Shown here: piece by piece, positions 36,112-46,227 of the stretch | How positions within the stretch are numbered: the first letter of the stretch is position 1 | Layout of the letters: each line of letters begins with the position of its first letter | The notes under the pieces: model-generated | Told to the model about the DNA's origin: nothing | The model's input: the letters and a program-made list of their open reading frames with translations, nothing else | Database searches by the model: none | Source of the DNA: an uncultured Candidatus Saccharibacteria bacterium | Lineage (GTDB): Bacteria > Patescibacteriota > Minisyncoccia > Phycocordibacterales > Phycocordibacteraceae | Assembly (NCBI GenBank): GCA_964360855.1 | Contig: CAYHXV010000003.1 | Coordinates: forward strand, 1 to 62,808 | Length of the DNA: 62,808 nucleotides | Direction of reading: 5' to 3' | Translations under genes and position numbers: made by a program

Positions 36112-38513
36112 AGGAACAAACGAAAAAGCCACACGTACATATCATAGGGGCGGGAATGAGTGGGCTTGCAACAGGACTTCGGCTCTCCGAACTCGGTATT
36201 CCTGTGTCTATATACGAAAAGAGTTCCGGTGTCGGTGGTATGGCGAGCTCCTTTGCTTGGGGAGAATTTGCCTATGTCGATCATGGGCCACATATTTTCC
36301 ACACCCCAGACGAACGGCAGGCGCATATTTGGGAATCAGAATACGGTGATCTGTTCGCAAAGAATGAATTTTGGGGCAAGAACGTAAGGGGTGAGAAATT
36401 TGACGAGCTCTACGACTATCCACTTTCCTATGATTCGCTCGAATCCTTTCCTAAGGAGAAGCGAGAAAAAATAATGACAGAACTCTCCTGTCTAAGTGAA
36501 TCAAAGAAAGCTGAAGCAAAGAGTTACAAAGAGTACGTGCGGGAGTTGGTGGGCCCGACCTTGATGGAGATGTTTTTCATACACTACCCGCAAAAGCTCT
36601 GGCGAGTTACCGTCGATGAGATGACTGCCAACTGGGCGCCCAAGCGCGTAAACTTCCATCGAGAAAAAGGACACTTTCATATGGGTCAGTGGAGTGCCGT
36701 AGGGAAGTACGGCGCAGGTAGTGTTATGGAGCGAATGGCGGAGAAATTTACCCAGAACGGTGGCGAGCTACACCTGGATAGTGCACTTACTGAGATTGAA
36801 ACAGCGGGAACCACTCTAACAGGGTTGGTGTTTGGTGAGAAACGAGTCACCCTGTCGCCAGAGGATTTCGTAGTCTCTACTATGCCGCTGCCGCGGCTTG
36901 CTGAGTTGTTTGGTGTGACGAACGAGCTCAAGTACCGGGGCGCAAAGCTCATTTTCGTTGCACTTAATAAGCCACAGGCTATAGAAGGGCAGCCGAGCTT
37001 CCTATACTACGATAACCCGGACATCATCTTTCACCGTGTTAGCGAACAAAAGAAGTTTTCAGCCTTTGGTTTTCCCTCAGACAAAACCCTTCTGACACTT
37101 GAAATAGCGTATACGCGAGGAGACGAGCGTGATGTACAGCCAGAGCAAGAACTCATAGAAATAGCAATTCGAGACTTGAACACCGTTGGACTCGCTAAAC
37201 CAGGGGAAGTGTACGACACCAAACTCGTTTCACTTCCGTATGTGTACCCAATGCTTGCAAAAGGTAGTGAAGAAGCGCTTGCGCGCGTGCGCGGTGCGGT
37301 TGCCTCGTACCAACAAGTATTTCTTATTGGCACCGGGGGAGACTATCACTACGCAGACCTGCAGATTCTTGCCGTGAAGGGGCGTGACCTCGCAGACCGC
37401 ATTGCGGGGGTTAGTGACGAAGAAGAGCATCTGGTTCGTGGAAACGGGTATAGCGAACACTTTGCAAACGAAGTGGTACTAGGAACACATACGGTTGCAT
37501 ACGGAAAGCCAGCGTTTGTTATTGCTGAAATTGGTCTAAATCATAATGGGTCACTTGAACTTGCAAAGAAACTTATTAGCGCCGCAAAGCTCTCGGGAGC
37601 GTCAGCCGCAAAGCTTCAGAGTTTCAGTGCAGGAAGTAGACTCTCTCAAAAAGTTAAAGAGAATAGATACGCGGAAGAATTGATCGATACCGAGGAAGGA
37701 ATGTTTTCAATGTTTAAGCGACTAGAGCTTACTGAGTCAGAGCACGCAGAATTATTTGCCTATGCACAAAGCATCGATATGGTCCTGTTCTCTACGCCGT
37801 TCGATATCGAAAGTCTAGAACTGCTCGAGTCGTTTGGTGCGCCGTTTTACAAAATCGCATCAATGGACGTGGTGAACCTTCCGCTCGTGCGAACGGTAGC
37901 AGAAACAGGTAAGCCCATAATCATGTCTACCGGTATGTCCAGTCTGGCTGAAATTGAAGACGCTGTTGAGGTAATTCAATCCACCGGCAACAAAAACCTC
38001 ATACTATTGCAGTGTGTCTCATCGTATCCTGCCGTACCGCAAGACATGAACCTTGCTGCTATGAAGACGCTTCACAAGGCATTTGGGGTGCCGGTAGGGT
38101 TTTCGGACCACACCATAGGACTCATTGCTTCGACCGTTGCGCTCTCGCTCGGTGCCACCGTTATTGAGCGCCACTTCACTCTGGACCGTTTTATGGAGGG
38201 TCCTGATCACATACTTTCTTCAGAGCCTCACGAACTTACTGAGTTGGTAGAACTCAGTCGTCTCGTTCCTCTTATACGAGGTACTGGTGAGAAGCGTGTA
38301 CAGGGGAGTGAAATAGAAACTATGAATCGTTTCAAAAAGGGCTTGTACGCAAAGGTAGATATACACACGGGTGATACGATTACCGAAACGATGCTTACGA
38401 TTAAGGGTCCAGGAGGAGCGGTACTTCCGAAGTTCCAGTCGGACGTAGTAGGAAAAACTGCCCGTATAGATATTCCAGCAGACCACCCCGTGAAATGGGA
38501 CCATTTCCAATGA
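36105..38513 (+). CDS. Fusion of an FAD-dependent oxidoreductase (UGM/PPO-like) with a NeuB/SpsE-type nonulosonate synthase and SAF domain
   Basis: N-terminal IIGAGMSGL..E....GG..DHGPHIF; from ~37460 FVIAEIGLNHNG, FSTPFD, KIAS, IMSTGM, LQCVSSYP, GFSDHT, IERHFTLD, GPDH; C-terminal SAF-like KGPG. Confidence 0.88.
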   Translation: MVKEQTKKPHVHIIGAGMSGLATGLRLSELGIPVSIYEKSSGVGGMASSFAWGEFAYVDHGPHIFHTPDERQAHIWESEYGDLFAKNEFWGKNVRGEKFDELYDYPLSYDSLESFPKEKREKIMTELSCLSESKKAEAKSYKEYVRELVGPTLMEMFFIHYPQKLWRVTVDEMTANWAPKRVNFHREKGHFHMGQWSAVGKYGAGSVMERMAEKFTQNGGELHLDSALTEIETAGTTLTGLVFGEKRVTLSPEDFVVSTMPLPRLAELFGVTNELKYRGAKLIFVALNKPQAIEGQPSFLYYDNPDIIFHRVSEQKKFSAFGFPSDKTLLTLEIAYTRGDERDVQPEQELIEIAIRDLNTVGLAKPGEVYDTKLVSLPYVYPMLAKGSEEALARVRGAVASYQQVFLIGTGGDYHYADLQILAVKGRDLADRIAGVSDEEEHLVRGNGYSEHFANEVVLGTHTVAYGKPAFVIAEIGLNHNGSLELAKKLISAAKLSGASAAKLQSFSAGSRLSQKVKENRYAEELIDTEEGMFSMFKRLELTESEHAELFAYAQSIDMVLFSTPFDIESLELLESFGAPFYKIASMDVVNLPLVRTVAETGKPIIMSTGMSSLAEIEDAVEVIQSTGNKNLILLQCVSSYPAVPQDMNLAAMKTLHKAFGVPVGFSDHTIGLIASTVALSLGATVIERHFTLDRFMEGPDHILSSEPHELTELVELSRLVPLIRGTGEKRVQGSEIETMNRFKKGLYAKVDIHTGDTITETMLTIKGPGGAVLPKFQSDVVGKTARIDIPADHPVKWDHFQ

Positions 38514-39538
38514 AACAGCTAGAAAAAACTGTGGAGCACATTTGTACAAGCGCCAAGGGGCGCGCTACGGCGTTTGTTATTGGTAATACATCGGATGTGT
38601 TTGTGGAGGGGCATATGTACAGCACCCCACTGCGCGAGACTGGGGAGCTCGTGTACGCTGGCGTAATTGTGCGAGACGTAGAGACGGCAGAAGAAGTGGC
38701 GCGATGGGTGGACGGAAAAGTCGACTATGTATTTGTGGACGACGAAAAGAAAATTAGGAGCATGTACTATGGCCCAGACGATGTGGGAAATATAGAAAAA
38801 AGTGTTCGAGGAATTATTTCCACCTCTACGCTACTTACCTACAAGGGAAATGACCTAACGGTGGAGGCCGTAGATACCCTTATTGGAAGTATTGTGGGAG
38901 AGGTGAGCGGAAAGAGAGTTGCACTCATTGGAATGGGCAATCTAGGGTCAAAAGTAGCGCTCAAGCTCGTTGAGCGCGGCGTGCATATTTCTGCATTTCG
39001 AAGAAACAAACAAAAGCTAGATGCTATTGTTGCGGGACTAAACGAGATCAAGCCAGCGGACACTCATGCGCGCGTTATCGCGATGGAGAATATTGCGCAC
39101 GCCTGTGCAAACGCCGATATTATTATTGGCACAACAAACGAGAAAAGCGTAATAACTATGGATGATGTGCAGTGTGCGAAGCCCGCAGTACTGCTCCTTG
39201 ATGTGGGGAAGGGCTGTTTTGCGCAAGAGGTGACCGAGGACTCTTCGCGCATTGTGTATCGTGTAGACGTTTCCATAGTCCAGAAACAGGCCTTTCTCGC
39301 ACTCGTACACACAAAAAGTCACTACTCAAAACAACTAGGGAGACGAAGCATCCCGGAAGCAGAAGCGACCCTTGTGTCTATCGGTATTTTTGGCAGAAAA
39401 GGGGAAGTTATTGTAGACGATATAGAGCACCCAACGAGTATTATTGGTATTTCAGCAGGGGACGGCACCCTCGAACCTAGTAGCGACGAAGTGCTCAAAA
39501 AAATAAGCGATTTGAAGTCAACGTTTGGAATTCTATAA
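38510..39538 (+). CDS. Hypothetical protein with a C-terminal NAD(P)-binding Rossmann domain
   Basis: GKRVALIGMGNLG; ADIIIGTT; LLDVG; N-terminal ~120 aa not recognised. Confidence 0.6.
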   Translation: MKQLEKTVEHICTSAKGRATAFVIGNTSDVFVEGHMYSTPLRETGELVYAGVIVRDVETAEEVARWVDGKVDYVFVDDEKKIRSMYYGPDDVGNIEKSVRGIISTSTLLTYKGNDLTVEAVDTLIGSIVGEVSGKRVALIGMGNLGSKVALKLVERGVHISAFRRNKQKLDAIVAGLNEIKPADTHARVIAMENIAHACANADIIIGTTNEKSVITMDDVQCAKPAVLLLDVGKGCFAQEVTEDSSRIVYRVDVSIVQKQAFLALVHTKSHYSKQLGRRSIPEAEATLVSIGIFGRKGEVIVDDIEHPTSIIGISAGDGTLEPSSDEVLKKISDLKSTFGIL

Positions 39539-39543
39539 ACACT

Positions 39544-40293
39544 ATGAAAACGTACGCAATTATTCAGGCTCGTATGGCCTCGACAAGACTCCCGGGGAAA
39601 ATACTCCTCGACATAGCTCCAGGCACGACTGTGCTTGAGTGTATGCTCTCTCGTGTGGCCGCCTGTACAGAGATTGATACTACTATCGTAGCGACAACAA
39701 CGAGCGAGAAGGACCTCGTACTTATCGATTTTTTAGAGAAACACAAGCTGCCCTATTTTGTTGGTGATGAGAACGATGTACTAGACCGTTACTACCAAAC
39801 AGCTCTCGCGTTTGGGGCCAAGAGTGGAGATGTAATCGTACGCATGACATCCGACTGTCCACTCATTGACCCATCGGTTGCCGACACCACCATACGGTTT
39901 TTTAAGGATGGGGACTTTGAGTATGCTTCTAACAATCTGGAACCGTACACCTACGCTGATGGTATGGATACCGAAGTGTTTTCTTTTGACGCACTGGAAC
40001 GTGCGTGGAAAGAATCCACTATCCCCGCCCACCGCGAGCACGTCACCTTCTATATGTGGAAGAATCCTGAACTATTCAGAATAGGGCAATACGTTAACCC
40101 CAAAGAAGGGCAGGTAGCGTACCGACTCACTCTCGACTACCAGGAGGATCTGGATGTCCTTTCTGATGTGTACCAGCACCTGTACCCACAGAATCCACTA
40201 TTTACTATGGAAGATATTTTGGGCTATCTGAACGCACATCCGGAAGTGAAAGCTCTTAATACTGACGTAGAGCGCAACGCGTCTTGGAAATAG
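39544..40293 (+). CDS. SpsF-like cytidylyltransferase (CMP-sugar synthetase family)
   Basis: AIIQARMASTRLPGKIL; GDENDVLDRY; VRMTSDCPLIDP; REHVT; RLTLDYQED. Confidence 0.88.
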   Translation: MKTYAIIQARMASTRLPGKILLDIAPGTTVLECMLSRVAACTEIDTTIVATTTSEKDLVLIDFLEKHKLPYFVGDENDVLDRYYQTALAFGAKSGDVIVRMTSDCPLIDPSVADTTIRFFKDGDFEYASNNLEPYTYADGMDTEVFSFDALERAWKESTIPAHREHVTFYMWKNPELFRIGQYVNPKEGQVAYRLTLDYQEDLDVLSDVYQHLYPQNPLFTMEDILGYLNAHPEVKALNTDVERNASWK

Positions 40294-40336
40294 ACGAGGC
40301 GAAACCTTATTGGATTGATATCTAGTTATACTGTAT

Positions 40337-41653
40337 ATGAAACGAACCGGTCAGAGACTCTGGGAAAAGGCAAAAAAACTCATACCAGGAGGTAATCAAT
40401 TGTTGTCAAAGCGGGCAGAGATGTTCCTGCCAGGGGCGTGGCCAGCATATTTTAGTAAGGCCAAGGGTCCCTATATATGGGACTTAGACGGCAATAAATA
40501 TCTTGATATGTCGATTATGGGTATTGGCGCCTGTCCTCTTGGCTACGCGGACCCCGATGTTAACAAAGCGGTCACGGCAGCAGTCGGACGTGGGTCTATG
40601 GCTACTTGGAACACTCCTGACGAGGTGGAACTCGCTGAATTACTAACCAAAATACACCCGTGGGCTGATATGGTCCGCTATGCTCGCACGGGGGGAGAAT
40701 CAATGGCAATTGCGGCGCGTATAGCGCGTGCACACACGGGACGGGATACCGTTGCTTTTTGTGGATATCATGGCTGGTCTGACTGGTACCTCGCAACAAA
40801 CTTAAAGGATCCGAAAGGACTGAATGAACACCTACTGGCAGGTTTGGAGCCCAAGGGTGTTCCGGAAGGACTTCGAGGAAGTATCTTGCCATTTCGCTAT
40901 AATCGTATCGACGAGCTCGAAGCCCTGGTGAAGCAAACGAAAGGAAAGCTCGCTGCCATTATTATGGAGCCAATACACGGTGAAGAACCGAAAGACAATT
41001 TTCTTCAGAAAGTCCGAGCCATTGCGACACAAACAGGAGCAGTACTGGTGTTCGATGAAATATCCATAGGATGGAAGGAAACAGTCGGGGGTTCGCACCT
41101 TATGTATAAGGTGAACCCTGATATTGCAGTATTCAGTAAGGGTATGAGCAACGGATATCCCATGGCCGCCATTATTGGGAAAAGGAAGGTAATGGAGTCG
41201 GCTCAGGACACATTCATCTCGAGTACGTACTGGACTGAGAGTATCGGACCCGCGGCGGCACTTGCCACAATTAAGAAAATAAAACGCCTTAATGTCCCCA
41301 GGCATCTCATACGTATTGGTACGCTAGCGAACTCTGGACTGAAACGTCTCTCCAAAAAACACGGAATTAACGTGCAGATTGGAGGCACGGCAACCATGGG
41401 TTTTTTTTCTTTTGAGTACGGTCCTCTAAGCAATGCAGTGAAAACATTATTCACTCAAGAAATGCTAAAGAGGGGAATTCTTGCTGCCAACAGATTCTAT
41501 CCTTCCTATGCCCACTCAGAAAAACACATCAAGCACTACCTGCAGGTTATGGATAAAGTGTTCGCTCTTATGAAAGACGCCATAGATTCTGGAACGGTAG
41601 AAAAGAAACTACAAGGACCCGTCGCACACTCCGGATTCCAGCGCCTCAATTAA
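40337..41653 (+). CDS. Class III PLP aminotransferase (GSA-aminomutase-like)
   Basis: IPGG.Q..SK; WDLDGNKYLD; RYARTGGE; GYHGW; EP; FDEI; FSKGMSNGYP. Confidence 0.88.
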   Translation: MKRTGQRLWEKAKKLIPGGNQLLSKRAEMFLPGAWPAYFSKAKGPYIWDLDGNKYLDMSIMGIGACPLGYADPDVNKAVTAAVGRGSMATWNTPDEVELAELLTKIHPWADMVRYARTGGESMAIAARIARAHTGRDTVAFCGYHGWSDWYLATNLKDPKGLNEHLLAGLEPKGVPEGLRGSILPFRYNRIDELEALVKQTKGKLAAIIMEPIHGEEPKDNFLQKVRAIATQTGAVLVFDEISIGWKETVGGSHLMYKVNPDIAVFSKGMSNGYPMAAIIGKRKVMESAQDTFISSTYWTESIGPAAALATIKKIKRLNVPRHLIRIGTLANSGLKRLSKKHGINVQIGGTATMGFFSFEYGPLSNAVKTLFTQEMLKRGILAANRFYPSYAHSEKHIKHYLQVMDKVFALMKDAIDSGTVEKKLQGPVAHSGFQRLN

Positions 41654-41684
41654 GGTGCTATTCTGAGCTCTACGTACAGCGGAT

Positions 41685-42569
41685 ATGGAATTGTCACACA
41701 ACAAGGTTGAAGCCCTCAAGCAATTTGCTGACCACTTGGTGCGCGCACCCAGCTGTAACCTCTGTGGAGGCATGGAACGGAGCGTGTGGGCGGTGTCCGA
41801 TCCCATTACCGCCTACGAGTGTACGGCGTGTGGCCTGGTCTATCACGACCCACAACTCACTGACAAGGGCAGGGAGCTTTTCTATGCGAGCGGGTATTTT
41901 GAGATGCAAAACGACCCTGCAGATTCTGCGCTTCGCGACGTCATGTATGGAGTGGAAATTGCATTCTTGGAAAAGCACCGAGCGAGCGGCGTGTTGCTTG
42001 ACGTAGGGTGCGGTGGCGGGTTCTTGCTGAATGCATTTAGTAATTCGTGGGAAAAACATGGTATTGAGTTTGATGCTCGTGCCGTTGAACACGCACGCGA
42101 GGTGCTGAATCTCGATGTCGCACAAGGAGAAGTGACGAGTGTGTCGTTTCCGGAGGGAACCTTCGATGTCATTGTGCTGCGGGGCGTCATCGAGCATATG
42201 GCAACACCCCGAGAAATGATCGAGCACCTATTGCCGTGGCTCAAGAAGGGGGGGCTACTGTATATTACCTCCACCCCAAACACCGAAAGTCTGTGCGCAG
42301 AACTGTATCGCGAAAAGTGGAACCTATTTACTGCCGATCATCAAATACATTTCTCCAAGTCCAATCTGGTGAGCTTCTTTAAGGGGATCGGAATGTCTCT
42401 GGCTGATGCTGGGTACCTGTATCTTGAGACACCCTATGCCAACGAAGTGGCCGACTATCGAAAAATAGTTACTGACGCAAAGCTCATCGGTAGCGGGAAC
42501 GGTAGCGAAGTTATTTCTTCCCCCGCATTCTATGGAAATATGCTCAGTCTCATCTTTCTGAAAGATTAA
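41685..42569 (+). CDS. Class I SAM-dependent methyltransferase with zinc ribbon
   Basis: CNLC...CTAC; LLDVGCGGG; VIEH; STPN. Confidence 0.85.
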   Translation: MELSHNKVEALKQFADHLVRAPSCNLCGGMERSVWAVSDPITAYECTACGLVYHDPQLTDKGRELFYASGYFEMQNDPADSALRDVMYGVEIAFLEKHRASGVLLDVGCGGGFLLNAFSNSWEKHGIEFDARAVEHAREVLNLDVAQGEVTSVSFPEGTFDVIVLRGVIEHMATPREMIEHLLPWLKKGGLLYITSTPNTESLCAELYREKWNLFTADHQIHFSKSNLVSFFKGIGMSLADAGYLYLETPYANEVADYRKIVTDAKLIGSGNGSEVISSPAFYGNMLSLIFLKD

Positions 42570-42575
42570 TATTTT

Positions 42576-44342
42576 ATGCGTATCCCCGAAACACTTGCAT
42601 TGCTCGCCAAGACCTACCACCGGTACGGCTGGCATATTTTGGCGCTCGCGCTGCTCGGGATGTTCAGTGCCATTCTGGAGGGTATTGGTATCACCGTGGT
42701 GATACCACTTCTTTCATTCTTTGTGGGTGGAAACGCACCGGTTGATTTTATTTCAAAAGCAGTGCAGTCACTCTTTGCATTTGTTGGAGTCCCGTTTACC
42801 TTTAGGTACCTCCTTGGATTTATTCTCGCGCTCTTTCTTGTGCGCGCAGTCACCGTCGTTGCTTTTGGGTATATTCGTGGCAGAATTTCTGCAGACTTTC
42901 TCCATATTGAGAGCAAAGAACTGCTCAAGCGGACACTCCGTGCCTCGTGGCCGTTCTTGCTCAAACAGAAGATTGGCTCACTGCAAAACACGCTCGTGCG
43001 AGACATTCAGTGCTCTACCGGCCTGTTGGGTATCATCGCCCAAATCATCCAGTCGTTCGGAGGATTCTTGATGTACTTGATCATTGCGATAAACATTTCT
43101 CCCTCCATTACGTTCTGGACCATCGGGGGAGGAGCGGTACTTATGTTGTTTGCCCGACCCCTCATTATCAAATCGCGAAAGGTGGGGGAGCAGCTGGTGC
43201 TAGTAGAAAAAGCATACGCCCATTTCTTGTCGGAACATATCATAGGTATGAAGTCAGTGAAGGCCGCTGGTGTTGAGCAGCCAGCACTCCAGAGTGGGAA
43301 CGAAGAGCTGGACTCACAGCGAAAACTTTCCTTACGCCTTGCGTTCATTCGTTCAATTGGCTCGAGCTTCTTTCAGCCGTTCACACTTCTGTTCGTAGTG
43401 GTGTTATTTGCACTTACGTCAAAGTCACCTGACTTCAGCATCGTCTCCTTTATTGCGGCACTATACTTGATTCAGAAAATCTTTACCTACCTTGAATCAG
43501 GACAGAATGCACTCCACAGCTTTAGCGAAATGGTGCCGTACGCCAAGAACCTGGTAAATTTCAAGAAAATTTCTGACGAGTACAAGGAGGAAAAAATCAC
43601 TGGAGAGAAGACGCTTATTTTTGAGAAAGAGCTTGCATTCAACAATGTCTCGTTTTCCTATGAGCCGGATTCAGCCACACTCTCTGATGTGTCATTCGTT
43701 CTCCCGCAAGGAACCACCATGGGACTCATTGGGCCTTCTGGTGCGGGCAAGACCACTGTTGCAGATATTCTCCTGCGGTTGTTTGAACCAACCTCAGGTT
43801 CGGTGACCATCGACAACGAGCCCATAAGGAACATTCGTATAGATGAGTGGCGGCAGTACATAGGGTATGTTTCTCAGGACGTCTTCCTGCTCAACGCAAG
43901 TGTTTCTGAAAACATCAGGTTCTATAGTTCAAACGTTACTGACGCTGATATAGAGGAAGCTGCACGCAAGGCGAATATTTATGACTTTGTTATGTCTCTC
44001 CCCCAGGGATTTAATACTGCCGTAGGGGACCGAGGGGTGCTGCTTTCGGGCGGACAGCGACAGCGCATCGTGCTTGCGCGGGCACTGGCAAAACGGCCCA
44101 AGCTCCTCATTCTGGACGAAGCAACAAGCGCCCTCGATTCGGAGTCGGAGAGACTCATTCAAGAGGCTATACGAGCACTGCACGGGTCTATTACGGTGTT
44201 TGTCATTGCGCACCGTTTGAGCACCATTGAATCAGTAGACACTCTGTTGGTACTAGAAGAGGGCAAACTCACGGAATCGGGCACACCAGTGCAGTTGCGG
44301 AGCACCGCGACCTCCTATTTTGCGAAGTACAGGGGGGCTTGA
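42576..44342 (+). CDS. ABC exporter, fused permease/ATPase (MsbA/PglK/Wzk-like; likely glycan flippase)
   Basis: Six-TM N-terminus; GPSGAGKTT; LSGGQRQR; ILDEATSALD; IAHRLST. Confidence 0.9.
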   Translation: MRIPETLALLAKTYHRYGWHILALALLGMFSAILEGIGITVVIPLLSFFVGGNAPVDFISKAVQSLFAFVGVPFTFRYLLGFILALFLVRAVTVVAFGYIRGRISADFLHIESKELLKRTLRASWPFLLKQKIGSLQNTLVRDIQCSTGLLGIIAQIIQSFGGFLMYLIIAINISPSITFWTIGGGAVLMLFARPLIIKSRKVGEQLVLVEKAYAHFLSEHIIGMKSVKAAGVEQPALQSGNEELDSQRKLSLRLAFIRSIGSSFFQPFTLLFVVVLFALTSKSPDFSIVSFIAALYLIQKIFTYLESGQNALHSFSEMVPYAKNLVNFKKISDEYKEEKITGEKTLIFEKELAFNNVSFSYEPDSATLSDVSFVLPQGTTMGLIGPSGAGKTTVADILLRLFEPTSGSVTIDNEPIRNIRIDEWRQYIGYVSQDVFLLNASVSENIRFYSSNVTDADIEEAARKANIYDFVMSLPQGFNTAVGDRGVLLSGGQRQRIVLARALAKRPKLLILDEATSALDSESERLIQEAIRALHGSITVFVIAHRLSTIESVDTLLVLEEGKLTESGTPVQLRSTATSYFAKYRGA

Positions 44343-44426
44343 AGCGCACCCCAAAGAAAAGATTTGTGGTTGTGGTATAGTGCTCGCGGCGTTTGATCTT
44401 TGAGACGCTAGCAAACAGAAGCAGCA

Positions 44427-46220
44427 ATGCTTCGCACAGACACAAAGGAGCCACTGATGGCTGCGAAACGCTTCGTCCTCGTGGCTCAGTATTCATCCAT
44501 TGAGCCGCTCGGAATCCTTCACCTCTCCGGACTTGTCCGGGATGCAGGGTGGGACTGCAAGGTCGTCCTCATCAAGGGTGACGACTACGCGGAACTCTAC
44601 GACACCGTACAGAATTGGCGGCCCGACATTGTCGGGTTTCAGATCTGGACAGGCAATCACCTGGCCGCGTTTAGGGCCTGCAACACCGTGCGTGGGCTTG
44701 GCGTGCCGCTCGTTATTGGCGGACCGCACGCGACTTACTTCTTCGAGGAGTGCGCAAAGCACGCAGACTGGGTGGTGCAAGCCAGCGGGTTTGGATTCCT
44801 TCAAGACATTCTTGGCGGTGTGCTGCCTCACGGCGTTCACTTCAGTCGTGAAGGGCGATCTGAACCCTTCCCTCTGCCTGACCGCGACCTCCTCTACGAG
44901 ACGTACCCCGGGTATGGTGAAAGCCCTATCAAGAGTATGTTTGCGTCGGTTGGGTGTCCGTACAAGTGCACCTACTGTTACGCGCCGGTGTTCAACCGGA
45001 TGCATAACGGGTTCTTGCTTACGAACCGCCCTGTCGACGATCTCGTGCAGGAAGCGAAAGCCATACTACGACGCTGGCCCCTCTCACTCGTCTATTTCCA
45101 AGACGACGTGTTTGGGTTCAATCCGAAGTGGCTTGGTGAATTCGCGCAAAAATGGAAGACAGAGGTGGGTGTGCCGTTCCACGCGCAGATGCGTCTCGAG
45201 ATGACGCAGCACGCGGGTGGTGACAAGCGACTCGACCTCTTTCGGGAGGCTGGGTGCAGCGGCATAACGCTCGCGATTGAGTCAGGGAATGCGTTCCTGC
45301 GAGACCATGTGCTCTTCCGGCACATGCCGGACGAACTCATTCTCGAAGGATGCCGAAAGATTATGGACCGGGGTATGACGCTTCGGACCGAACAAATACT
45401 TGGCGTGCCGTTCTCGAATCTTGAGACCGAACTGCAGACCCTTGACCTGAACGCGCGTATTAACCCAACGCTGGCGTGGACGAGCATCCTATCTCCCTAC
45501 GGGGGCACGGCAATGGGTACCATCTCTTCGAACTACGGTCTCTATCGTGGCAACAACGACGATCTTCTCGATAACTTTTTCGAGGCGAGCGTCCTGCGGC
45601 ACATCGATGGAGGCCCGCGCGATATCGAGCGGATGGTTGCCATGGTCGGCGCAACACCCAAAGACGAAACACTGCTCGCCTTTCGGACAGAGCAACGATC
45701 GGCTACGGAAGTGTCGGTATTCGATGCAGAGGGAACTCTGCTCGGGTCCGTCACTCACCTGACTCCGAAAGACAACGAACGCTACTGTCGTGATCTCGTG
45801 CGACTGCAGCGACTCTTTAATTTCTTGCCGAAATTTCCTGATGCGGCACTGCTCGGGCGCACACTCGCGCTTATGCCGCAGCAGGAGTGGACGTGGGAGG
45901 GAATTGGGCGGCAGATTGAGCAGCACCTGGTTTCTGCGAACGTGGAGAACCTTTCATCCTGGAAGGACGCCATCGCCGCGGAAATGGGGTATGGCTCAGT
46001 CCTTGAGCTTCCGGGGCCCATTGCTTCGAACCCGTGGCTCTTCTGTGTCGTGCCCGCTGGCGGGCACCTCGCTCGACGTGCGTTAGAGGTGGGTGTATTT
46101 GACCCCCTCCTCTCGACCGAAGAAACGCTCGACCGACTCGGCACCCTCGGGCGCCGGCACCTGTTCGAGTACGGTCTGTACCAGATTCAAGTGGGAAGCA
46201 GTCCCATATGCTCCCGCTAG
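44427..46220 (+). CDS. Cobalamin-binding radical SAM protein (class B-like) with C-terminal extension
   Basis: EPLGILHL; IGGPHAT; GCPYKCTYC (CxxxCxxC); QDD.F; AIESG; start may be ATG 44457; TGgTATAGT promoter element upstream. Confidence 0.85.
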   Translation: MLRTDTKEPLMAAKRFVLVAQYSSIEPLGILHLSGLVRDAGWDCKVVLIKGDDYAELYDTVQNWRPDIVGFQIWTGNHLAAFRACNTVRGLGVPLVIGGPHATYFFEECAKHADWVVQASGFGFLQDILGGVLPHGVHFSREGRSEPFPLPDRDLLYETYPGYGESPIKSMFASVGCPYKCTYCYAPVFNRMHNGFLLTNRPVDDLVQEAKAILRRWPLSLVYFQDDVFGFNPKWLGEFAQKWKTEVGVPFHAQMRLEMTQHAGGDKRLDLFREAGCSGITLAIESGNAFLRDHVLFRHMPDELILEGCRKIMDRGMTLRTEQILGVPFSNLETELQTLDLNARINPTLAWTSILSPYGGTAMGTISSNYGLYRGNNDDLLDNFFEASVLRHIDGGPRDIERMVAMVGATPKDETLLAFRTEQRSATEVSVFDAEGTLLGSVTHLTPKDNERYCRDLVRLQRLFNFLPKFPDAALLGRTLALMPQQEWTWEGIGRQIEQHLVSANVENLSSWKDAIAAEMGYGSVLELPGPIASNPWLFCVVPAGGHLARRALEVGVFDPLLSTEETLDRLGTLGRRHLFEYGLYQIQVGSSPICSR

Positions 46221-46227
46221 ACTCTAG

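Noticed and set aside
40337-41653. hemL (tetrapyrrole synthesis) call
   Set aside because: No other hem genes; context next to an SpsF-like gene and NeuB points to sugar amination
44343-44426. Cobalamin riboswitch upstream of the radical SAM gene
   Set aside because: The spacer is only ~85 nt, contains the promoter element and shows no B12 box
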